64,000 nucleotides of DNA from an uncultured archaeon (GTDB taxonomy: Archaea; Thermoplasmatota; Poseidoniia; MGIII; CG-Epi1), in assembly GCA_964389465.1 (NCBI GenBank), contig CAYMDK010000004.1, positions 15,034-79,033 on the forward strand. The letters run 5' to 3'. The notes below the pieces were generated by a model. It was given only the letters and a program-made list of their open reading frames with translations, did not search any database and had not been told where the DNA came from. Positions 8,550 through 18,300 of the stretch are shown in pieces. Positions within the stretch are counted from its first letter, which is position 1, and the number at the start of each line of letters is the position of its first letter. Both the position numbers and the translations under genes were made by a program.

Positions 8550-8960
8550 CCCCCACTCGCGGAGCGAGTCGCGGATGCGCTCGAAGTGGGTGCCGGGCCA
8601 GTAGAGCTGCCCGCACGCGTCGCAGGCGCGGAACTCGCCGTGCGCGGCGCGGACGCGTTCGGGCGCCCGCGCCGCTTCGGCCGAGCTGGCGTCGTGCAGC
8701 GCGCCGTTGCACGCGGTGCAGCGGGTGAACGGCGTGGTGGGGGGCGGCGCGATTTCGAACAGCTGCGCGCGCAGCTCGTCCGACTCAATGGGTGCGACGT
8801 TGCCGCGGCGCGCCAGTTCGCGGTCGCGCGTCAGCAACCGCCGCGTCTCAGCCAGCCGCAACAGCTCGTCGTCTCCGACGTCGGCGTAGAGCGTGTCGTG
8901 CCCCAGCAGCCGCAGCCAGCGCGCCAGCCGCCCCAGCATCGCGTCGCAGACATAGCGCAT
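8538..8960 (-). CDS. Mut7-C / DUF82 PIN-like RNase domain protein with C-terminal zinc ribbon
   Basis: MRYVCDAMLGRLARWLRLLGHDTLY is the characteristic N-terminus. CTACNGAL...CDACGQLYWPGTHFERI is the zinc ribbon. Confidence 0.7.
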   Translation of the reverse strand: MRYVCDAMLGRLARWLRLLGHDTLYADVGDDELLRLAETRRLLTRDRELARRGNVAPIESDELRAQLFEIAPPPTTPFTRCTACNGALHDASSAEAARAPERVRAAHGEFRACDACGQLYWPGTHFERIRDSLREWGLLE

Positions 8961-8981
8961 GGTCGGTCGCGGCGCGGGCGG

Positions 8982-8989
8982 CTATAAAG
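8982..8989. promoter_or_regulatory. Shared TATA box (CTATAAAG) for the divergent Mut7-C and polB genes
   Basis: Centred about 25 nt from ATG 8960 (minus) and about 25 nt from GTG 9010 (plus). Confidence 0.45.
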
Positions 8990-9009
8990 CCGGCCCATAT
9001 CCGGAGCGC

Positions 9010-11307
9010 GTGCGCGCGACCCTGCGGCTGCTGAACGCTGTTTCGCACTCCGAAAAAATAGACGGCAGGAACATCACCGTGGTCTACCTCTACGGCCGCA
9101 CCGCCGACGGCCGCAGCATGGCGGTGCGCACGGAGCCGCAGGCCCCGTGGTTCCAGGTCGTCGAGCCGCCGGATACGATGGTGGCACAGCTGGAGGCGCA
9201 CGCCGAGGTGCGCGCCACCCGCCCCGAGCGGCTGTGGGTCGATGGCACGGAGCGCGACTGCCTGCGGGTCGAGGTGTGGCATCCTGGCAAGGTGCCGCAG
9301 CTGCGCGACTGGCTGCGCGCCAGCGAGCTGGTGGTACTGGCGGCCGACATCCCGTTTCACTTTCGCTTCCTGTATGACCACGACATCGGCGGCTGCATCA
9401 CCGTCGAGGGCGAGCTGCTCGAGAAGCGCGGCTGGAGCTGCCCCGTTATCGACGCCGCGACACTCGCGCCGGCCGAGACCTTCACCGCGCCGCTGCGCGT
9501 CATGAGTTTCGACGTCGAAAACTCGCTGCTGGACCGCCGCCTCTTCTGCCTTTGCCTCACGGTCCATGACGGCGGCGAGCTGGTCGTGGAGCAGATGTTG
9601 GACGGCAGTGAAGCCGGCATCATCACCGGCTTCACCGCTGCCGTCGCAAAGCATGACCCCGACGTGATTACCGGCTACAACATCGACGGCTACGACCTGC
9701 CGCTGCTCGCCGAGCGCGCCAAGCTGCATGGGCTGCGGCTGGTGCTGGGGCGCGACGGCAGCGAGTCGAAGCAGCGGTCGAACCGCACCTGGGAAGTGCG
9801 CGGCCGCGTCGTGGCCGACGCGTGGTGGAACGTCAAGCGCGAAATCCGGCCGCGACAGGAGTCGCTCAACGCGGTCGCGAAGCAATTGCTCGGGCGGGAG
9901 AAGCACGACGTCAACCCACAGCAGATGGACGCCGAGTGGGAGCGCGACCCGCAGCGCGTCATGGATTACTGCCTCGAGGACGCGCGGCTCGCGTTCGAGA
10001 TTATGCAGCACATCCGCGTCCTCGAGAAATTCCAGCACCTCGGCTCGGTCGCGCGGCTGCCGCTGGAGGAGGTGCTGAACGGCCGCACCTCGTCACTGAT
10101 TGACTCGCTGATGATTCGCGCTGCCGACCGCAAGGCAATCGGCGTCCCGCTGACGCGCCACCAGCGGCGCACCGGCCACATCGAGGGAGGCTACGTGCAT
10201 GCGCTCGAGCCCGGCTTGTACGACTGGGTCTGCGTGCTCGATTTCAAGTCGATGTACCCCAGTATCATCATCGACCGCAACCTCTGCTTCACGACCCTCG
10301 CCGACGATGGCGCCATCAGGACCCCGCACGGCGTCAATTTCCAGTCGCCCGAAGTGCGGCGCGGGCTGCTCCCCGAGCTGCTCGAGGGGCTGATGCTCGA
10401 GCGCGACTCCGCCAAACGGGCGGAGGTGGCCGCAACGGGAGCCGAGGCGGAGCACTACCGCCGGGTGCAGGAAGCCATCAAGATTCTGATGAACTCGGTC
10501 TACGGCGTCTTTGCGTCCTACTTCTACCGCTTCACCAACCTCGACATCGGCGCCTCAATCACCGCCTACGCCCGCGAGGCGGTGCGCGACATCATCGCCG
10601 AGCTGGAGGGCGAAGACCTCGCAGTGATTTACGGCGACACCGACTCGGTCTTTTTCGGCTCACCGCACGGCAACCTGGACGAGACGGTCGCCTTCGGGGA
10701 AGCCATCGCAGCGCGTTACTCGGCGGGGGCGCGGAAGCTGGAGTTCGAGAAAATCCTGCACCCCTTCTTTTCGCACGGTGTCAAGAAGCGCTACGTCGGC
10801 CAGCAGGTCTGGCCGCGCGAGGCGCTGGTGGTGCGCGGCTACGAGACGCGGCGCAGCGACGCCTTCCCGGCGCAGGTCGAGGCGCTGCAGGAAATCTTTG
10901 CGCGGCTGATGGAGGGCTCGACCGAGACGGCGCGCGAGACCGCGCGTGACTGGGTCGCGCGCGTTGCTGCCGGCAAGGTGGCGCCGGAGGAACTGGTGAT
11001 TTCCAAGACGGTCAACCTCGGTCGTAAATACAAGAACCCGAAGGCGATGGCGCACCTGCAGGCGCACGCCAAGTTCGTCGCGACCGGCCGCCCCTTCGTC
11101 AGCGGCATGAAGGTGGCGTTCATCGTCACCGACACGTCGCGCACACCGATGGTGGTCGAGCCCTTCTTTCCCGGCGAGGAGCCGCCGCCGCCCGACTGGG
11201 ACTACTACGCCGGCCGGATGGCGAAATCCCTTGCGCGCATCACCGAGGTGTTCGGATGGGACGAGCGCGCGCTGCGCACCGGCGGCAGGCAGGCGACGCT
11301 TTTCTGA
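9010..11307 (+). CDS. polB: Family-B DNA polymerase (PolB), exonuclease-proficient, intein-free
   Basis: Exo I is VMSFDVENS, Exo II is YNIDGYDLPLL and Exo III is YCLEDARL. Pol motif A is DFKSMYPSIII, motif B is KILMNSVYG and motif C is VIYGDTDSVF. The ORF opens at 8959, but GTG 9010 fits the TATA spacing. Confidence 0.95.
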   Translation: MRATLRLLNAVSHSEKIDGRNITVVYLYGRTADGRSMAVRTEPQAPWFQVVEPPDTMVAQLEAHAEVRATRPERLWVDGTERDCLRVEVWHPGKVPQLRDWLRASELVVLAADIPFHFRFLYDHDIGGCITVEGELLEKRGWSCPVIDAATLAPAETFTAPLRVMSFDVENSLLDRRLFCLCLTVHDGGELVVEQMLDGSEAGIITGFTAAVAKHDPDVITGYNIDGYDLPLLAERAKLHGLRLVLGRDGSESKQRSNRTWEVRGRVVADAWWNVKREIRPRQESLNAVAKQLLGREKHDVNPQQMDAEWERDPQRVMDYCLEDARLAFEIMQHIRVLEKFQHLGSVARLPLEEVLNGRTSSLIDSLMIRAADRKAIGVPLTRHQRRTGHIEGGYVHALEPGLYDWVCVLDFKSMYPSIIIDRNLCFTTLADDGAIRTPHGVNFQSPEVRRGLLPELLEGLMLERDSAKRAEVAATGAEAEHYRRVQEAIKILMNSVYGVFASYFYRFTNLDIGASITAYAREAVRDIIAELEGEDLAVIYGDTDSVFFGSPHGNLDETVAFGEAIAARYSAGARKLEFEKILHPFFSHGVKKRYVGQQVWPREALVVRGYETRRSDAFPAQVEALQEIFARLMEGSTETARETARDWVARVAAGKVAPEELVISKTVNLGRKYKNPKAMAHLQAHAKFVATGRPFVSGMKVAFIVTDTSRTPMVVEPFFPGEEPPPPDWDYYAGRMAKSLARITEVFGWDERALRTGGRQATLF

Positions 11308-11822
11308 TGGCGCGGCTCGAGTGGCACAGCGAGTCGCGCGAATGGTATCGTGCCGCGGCGCTGGTGCTGGTAGTGATGCTGGCGTCCCGCGCCATCGTGC
11401 GCAATGCCGTCGAGGAGCCGCTGCTGACGGGGCTGCACCTTGACTGGCTCTTCCTGCTGATTGCGTTGCCGGGATTCTGGCTGGCGGCGCAGGGCTACCG
11501 GCTACGCGAAGGTCGCGGCGCGCTGCTCGAGACGCGCGGCGAGGAGCTGCTGACCGCGCTCGAGCAGGAGCTGCTCGCCGCCGGCTTCACGCCGCGCGAA
11601 AAGCAATGCATCTTCGCGCCGTCGTTCGGGCTCTGGCAGCAGGTGGGACGGCTCACGCTGCCCGACGGCGAAGCCGAGGTGAAGGAGCTCTGGCTCTCGG
11701 CGTTTTTCTGGCGCAGCCAGGTCGCCTTGCGGGGCAACCTTGAGGGCGCTATCGTCGAGGGCGCGCTCGCGCGGCTCGCCGGCTACGCGGGGGAGAACGA
11801 GCCGAGCCCCGCACGGCAATAG
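11307..11822 (+). CDS. Hypothetical two-TM membrane protein
   Basis: ATG 11307 overlaps the polB stop (TGATG). Hydrophobic segments are AAALVLVVMLASRAIV and WLFLLIALPGFWLAA. No recognisable family. Confidence 0.45.
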   Translation: MARLEWHSESREWYRAAALVLVVMLASRAIVRNAVEEPLLTGLHLDWLFLLIALPGFWLAAQGYRLREGRGALLETRGEELLTALEQELLAAGFTPREKQCIFAPSFGLWQQVGRLTLPDGEAEVKELWLSAFFWRSQVALRGNLEGAIVEGALARLAGYAGENEPSPARQ

Positions 11823-12271
11823 GCCAGCGGCTCGCGCGATTCGTCGACCGTGCCCGCTTCGACCTGCCCGACGTAAATCGTGTGGTCGCCCGCTTCGTGC
11901 GCCGCGACGACGCGGCACGCCATGGTCGCGACACATCCATCGAGCAGCGACACGCCGCCGTCCGTAAGCGAGTGCGGCGTCGCAGCGAGCAGCGCCTGCT
12001 TGTCCTGCTCGGGATTGGCGAAGTCCCATGCAAGGCCACCCTGTTCCGTAGAGCAGACCGAGACGCCGAACTTCCCGGCACGCGCAATCGCGTCGTGGCT
12101 GACGACCCCTCGGTCGATGCAGACGAGCACCAGCGGCGGTTCGAGCGAGAGCGAGCAGAAGCTGGAGACAGTCAGCCCGCCAAGGGTGCCGTCGTCGTCG
12201 AAGGTGACGATGGTGACGCCGGCGGGGAACTGCCGCATCAGCGCGCGAAAGGTATCGCCATCGACCGCCAT
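11783..12271 (-). CDS. Flavin reductase-like FMN-binding split-barrel protein
   Basis: FRALMRQFPAGVTIVTFDDDGTLGGLTVSSFCSLSLEPPLVLVCI is the hallmark of the flavin reductase domain. Confidence 0.75.
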   Translation of the reverse strand: MAVDGDTFRALMRQFPAGVTIVTFDDDGTLGGLTVSSFCSLSLEPPLVLVCIDRGVVSHDAIARAGKFGVSVCSTEQGGLAWDFANPEQDKQALLAATPHSLTDGGVSLLDGCVATMACRVVAAHEAGDHTIYVGQVEAGTVDESREPLAYCRAGLGSFSPA

Positions 12272-12318
12272 GCTGCCCTATCGACGACCACTATTTGAGG
12301 CATGCGCGGCAGGAACCC

Positions 12319-12326
12319 ATATTTAT
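12319..12326 (+). promoter_or_regulatory. TATA box (ATATTTAT) for the giant surface-protein gene
   Basis: It ends 30 nt before ATG 12356, the start that yields a clean signal peptide (MSSPRLPLVALALLAALLLFPTADG). Confidence 0.45.
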
Positions 12327-12355
12327 CCCGGTCGCCGGGATGCCGGCGGGAGCCG

Positions 12356-15300
12356 ATGTCCTCACCACGCCTGCCGCTGGTCGCCCTCGCGCTGCTGGCG
12401 GCACTGCTGCTATTTCCTACAGCAGATGGTGAAACAATCATTGTCGACGTTAATGGTAATGGTGACTACACAACAATCGAAGACGGACTGGAGGCTGCTG
12501 AAGACGGTGACCTTGTCCGTATCTGGGACGGCACTTATGTTGAATACAATTTGACTATCGAGGATCAGATTACTGTACGGGGTAATGGCACGTCTACAGT
12601 CGTTAACGCCAGTTGGGAAGGTCACGGCTTCATTGTAGAACGCGATTATGTTGAAATCAGCCATTTACAAGTAGAATCAAGCGCCAATGGTTCTATACCC
12701 GGAGGCCCTTGGTATGCATATTTTTCTGGAGTTTTCGTCAATGACAATGAAGGTGCCCACCTTTATCTGGAGAGCCTGACTCTGGAAGGTAATTACGTAG
12801 GTTTGGCAGTCGATGGAGAGTTCTACATTCATGTCTCAAACAGTACGATAACTAATTCTACTAATAAAGGAGCCTATTTTCAGAGTAGTTGGTACTTGCG
12901 GATAGACAATTCGACATTCAGTAACAATGACAACAACGGCCTCACTTGTTACTATTGTAACCATGCCAGGATTTACTACAGCGTATTCGAAAATAATGGT
13001 GCCCAGGGATTCAAATCAGAGTATGCTTCCAACCAGACGTTTTACGAGACTGATTTTGAGGAGAATACCGGCATTGGCCTTTATTTCCACGCGGGGTCCT
13101 CTAATTCAGTTCGAAACGCGCAATTCGCTAACAACAAGGGCGGTATTACGTTAACCGATTCTTCCACTCAAAATGAAATTGGAGCGTGTCAGGCATACAA
13201 CAATGAGGATCACGGGTACCTTTTCCGTTCAGAATCCACAAGTAACTACTTGAATAATTCCGGTGGTTGGAGCAATGAGTATGCCCTGGTGTTTGAGGAT
13301 AGCTCACATAACAACACCATAAACGGTGGCTTTTATAGTGGAGATGAGGAATCAATCCTTTTCAGTGGAGATCCATCAACAGGCATTATTCTCTATGAAA
13401 CTAACTTCGGAGAGTCCCTGAGCATCAATTCCGGCTCTGAATTATTAATCAAGAAGAACTTGCGTGTCAAGGTCACCGACAACGGCACGAGTGATTCGTG
13501 GAAGATTTATGACAATCAGAGTGACGAGAACCGAGAGGCGTATTCGGGAACGCACGCGATGTGGCTGGGTAACCCGGACAAGAATGATGGCGAATACGAG
13601 GATAACTGGGATTTCTCGTTCGTTACCAAGGATGCGATCTCGCTCGGCAGCTCGCCCAAGTTGAGCATTGCGACGTGGTACAAAACTGAAAATACATACG
13701 ATGGTGGCCATGTACAGATATCTACTGATGGTGGTGAATCCTGGGCCCTGCTAACACCTGCTGGCGGCTATCCCTGCAGCAACGTGGTTGCCCTCGAGGA
13801 TGAAGGTTACTGCAATCAATCGAACGGCTGGAAAATCCAGAATTTCAGCCTCAGCGACTATGACAACGAGGATATCCAACTCCGCTTCCGGTTCGCCTCG
13901 GACGCGTCCCAAAGCAATTACGAAGGCTGGTATATCGACGATGTTACGGTGACTAACGGTGAGCAGACGCTGTTCTCGGACAATTTCGAGAGTGGCAAGG
14001 TAAAATGGATGATTGACCGTTTTGTCGCCCCACAGGAAGGCGTGGACGCCCGCGTCACTGACCGCGATGGAGTGCAGTACGCATCGCCCTATTTTGGAGG
14101 CAGCTCTCCAAAAAGCGATGACAGTGGCTGGCTGAATTACCAAGGAGCTATACCGGTTCCCGGTATCCTGGTAATTACGCAGCGCTACTACTCTAATTCG
14201 ACTGCGACAGACCAGGATGTAGAACTGCGGCTGCGCTACGTTGACTGGCACGAAACACTAGTCCTGAACTTTTCCCAAGGTTATACCAAGAATTTCAAGG
14301 TCCCTGATTTCCGGGTTTACCACTCTGGAGACCTCTACTACAATATTCAGTCCGCAATAGGGAACGCGACCGCGGGCGACACAGTCTATGCCTGGAACGG
14401 GACCTTTCATGAAAACCTGATAATTGACAGGGGGGTGATGTTGCTGGGTAATGGGACCGCAAATACCATAATCGATGGTGTAGGAAATACCGCGATTAGG
14501 GTCACAGGCAAGTACGCCACTATAGCAAACCTGTCTGTCAAGGGGGCTACCAACCTATCTGGCACAAACAGGTTCGGAATTCTTGTAAATGAGTCCGGCG
14601 GAGCACTGAACGCGACCGGCCTGCGACTGTACGACAACTTTCACGGCATCTATTTCAGCACCACCAAGAAATGGGGTTCCCGGGTTGCCGACAGCATAAT
14701 TGAATCGAACACTAACGCTGGGTTCGGCGTCAATACTGCTACTGGCCTTCGCATCGAGAACTGCACAATCAACAATAATGGTGGCGACGGAATTAACCTT
14801 GATACTACCTCCAATATACTGATTTATGGTAACCACATCCATAACAATACCAACCACGGGATTCGCTGGAACGTAGGAGGAACTGGTAATGGTGTCCACC
14901 ACAACAGGATAATCGACAATGGTGGTGACGGGATTCGAACGGCTTATGTTTCAGCTGGTAGTTTTACCTACAATGAAATCCGGAACCATAACACGGGATT
15001 CGGAGGAAACAGGGGAATCTATACTGGAGCCCGGAACAGTGAATTCCTCCACAACAACATCACCGGTAACGGCTACGGCATCACAATCTTTGGCAGCTGT
15101 TGCTCGGGCACACACGGCACCGAAAATCAGGTCTCACATAATTACATCTCCGAGAACTCCTATGGAATAGAGATCTGGTCATGGGCTGGCAGTAACAATC
15201 AACTTCTCTCAAACACAATCAGTGAAAGTGGTAGAGGTATCACCCTCGGCAGTGGTAGTTTCCATACCATTGAAAATTCCACGATATCCGGTAGTAGCGA

Positions 15301-18300
15301 GTATGATTTTTACATAACGACAGGTGAACATACTGTCGTCAATTCCACTTTCTCTTCCATCTGGATATCCACCAGCGCTGATTTGCGTGAGAGGGAGTTG
15401 TTTAGCCTCCGCATTCTGGAAGAGGATGGTGACCTTTTTGTCGATTTTGAAATTGCAGTTGAGGATGGCGCTGGCACAGCATACGCTTCGCCGCACTGGG
15501 GCGGTAGCGACAATCTTACTGATTCGAGTGGCTCTATCCGCCAGCTGCTGCTACTGGTGCAGCACTGGAACGGTTCCGCAACTCCTGATGTTTTTGCGAC
15601 CAAGGTCAAGTACGCCTTTGGCGTCCGCGCCAAGGCGCAATCACATCTGCTGAACCAGACCACGGCACTGGACATCCATGTGCCAGAATACTGGCGCAAG
15701 GGACTGGTGCGTAATGCCAATTCAGGCGAGGACTACTGGTCGCTGGCGACTGCGATCTCTGACGCCGACCCTGGTGATACACTGCGGGTCTGGCAGGGCA
15801 CCTATCCCGAGATAGTCAGTATCGAAAAGTCACTGGTGGTAACTGGCAATTCCACCACAGGCGTCCTGCTGAAAGCCATCGGTGACGCTTACGCAATTGA
15901 CATTGATGCCGACTCTGTCACGATTCGAAACCTGACTGTTCTGGACGGTAGAGGACTCTATCTTGACAAGCTCTCGAATGATGTAACGCTGGAGTGGTTG
16001 GTAATCCACAATTCCTCGATTAATGGTATTTATGCATTCCAGAACGACAATCTGGCCTTCTCCAATCTGACCGTCACTAACAGCTCCGAGCAGGGGATAG
16101 TGTTCTACAAGACAACCAGCAGCGTTGTTAGCGACTGCGCTGTTTCGAATAGCGGCGGCTCCGGTATCACGGTCGATTCTGCCGACAGCGTTGAGTTGCA
16201 CAGAATTACCCTGACCGGTAATGGAGGATCCGGAATCCGCTTTGACACAAGCGATTCAATATCAGTCAGGGACAGTATCATTCGTGACAATGCTCAGGGA
16301 TCCTGGGAGATTCTTTCGACAAACACGGACGGGCTGGTCCTTGACAATATATCCCTTTTTGGCAGGGAGCTAATCCAGCTTGATGATAATGAGCGGGCCC
16401 ACCTGTCCAACCTGACCCTGGAAATCACCCAGTTTCTGGGCATGGCCATAAAACTGGTGGAATCCGATTCCAACACCCTTCGTGATGTCCTGGTCTCTAC
16501 CATGGCAGATTCAGGCAGTGGAATAATTCTGGACGATTCCAGCGATAACCTGCTCATCAACTGTACCGTCAACGACGTCCAGTACGAGGCGTTCTACTTC
16601 CGGAACTCCGCCAACGACAACACCCTCCTGGATTCGACCGCCTCCGGCGGGCAGTTAGCCCGCCTCAAGTTGTCGACGGCAAGCGGAACAGTGGTCCGCA
16701 ACAGTACTTTCTCTGGCGCTGGAGACGACAGTGGAATCCAGCTCAGTTCCGCGACCGGCACGACTCTGGATAACATTACTACCAAGGATAACGGCGCAGA
16801 TTCAGGCCACAGTGGCCTGGATACTTCCGCCTCTGATGACCTGCTCGTCAAGAATTCCCACTTCAGCAACAATGCGGGCCGCGGCGCCTATATATTTAAC
16901 TCTGATAATGTGGTTATATATTCCAACCAGTTCGACAGCAACGCCAACGGTCTGGTTCTCTGGACTGTGGATAATGTGCGTGCCTCCCACAACAGCTTTG
17001 AGATTGGGGACGGCAATGCCATTGAGTTGCGTTATGGTTCGAACAGCTGGATTGACAACAATACCATCGAGCAGTACGGGAATGACGCCTCACAGTATTT
17101 TGGCATTGGAGTATTCTTCTCGAGCGGAAACAGAATCCATAACAATACTGTTTCCGACAGTGAAGTCACTGGCATACTGCTTGGTGCCGAGTCCGAATCC
17201 AATTACGTGACCGAGAATGAGCTGACACGAATCGAGAATTCAGCCCTCCATATAATCCATGACAACAACTACCTTGCCCGGAATACCCTCTCCGAAACCG
17301 AGTCGACCGGTATCACGATAGAGGGAGACTGGAACGACATTGTCGATAACGTGGTAACTGACGGTGAGGCGTCCGGGATTGAGGTGTTCGGCAGTAATAA
17401 CCAGATTGCTGGAAACAACATTTCCGGAAACTCCGACATTCCGTTCCGGGTTCCAGGCCACTGGAACACATTTTATGGAAATACGGTTGACGCCGCAGAC
17501 GAGGATGCGGTACTGGTTTCCGGCAGCAACAACCAGTTTACTGGCAACCAGCTCACCAACGGCGATATCGGCTTCCTCGTTACCAGCGACTGGAACCAGT
17601 TCAATACCAACATCCTAAGTTTCTTCAACGAAGCCTGCTTTGACCTCAGTGGCGATTATATAACCCTTCAGGGCAACCACTGCTCGGCCGCGGCAGAGGG
17701 TGCCCGGCTGGCTTCGGTTACCGGCACACTCGCCTGGGATAACAACTGGATCGGAGTTGAGACAGCCTTATACCTATCCGGCTCAGCCGGTAACCAGTTC
17801 ACCAACGAATCCGTCTCGGCAGCTTCGCAGGCGCTGATTCTGATGGTCAGCAGCGATAATGAATTCAGCGGTTCTTCACTCGCAGGCGAAATCCACCTGA
17901 CATCCAACTCGACTGCCAACTACCTCAACAGCTCCGCGTTGCAGGGTACAATTAACTGCGATTCCACCTCGCAGCTCTTCATCGCTGACGACATCACCAT
18001 CGAGGCACGCAACAGCGATTTCGATACTCCGTTCGAGGGTGTCCACTTGCGTCTCAAGGCTGACGGGCAGGTGATCTATGTTACCTCCCACTTCAACGGT
18101 AGCGATGCTACCACTGGTGAAGACGGCCGCATCGAGCCGCAGATGCTGGTCCACACCAGCTATACTGGCAGCTCTGACCCTGAGTCCACGGAATTCAGGC
18201 TGGCGTATGCCTACCGCCTGCGGCAGGAAGCAACCGTGTTCAACACTACGGAGTCGCACCTGGAAACAATCCACATTCCGGATGAATGGAACTACGGTCT

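Noticed and set aside
8848-10038. 396-aa minus-strand ORF antisense to polB
   Set aside because: The plus frame contains all the Exo and Pol motifs. The antisense translation has no recognisable features.
9010-11307. Possible inteins in PolB (and in DP2, 59798-63073)
   Set aside because: Spacing between the polymerase motifs is normal, and total lengths (~765 and ~1,092 aa) fit intein-free enzymes. No Cys/Ser-...-HN splice junction blocks were seen.
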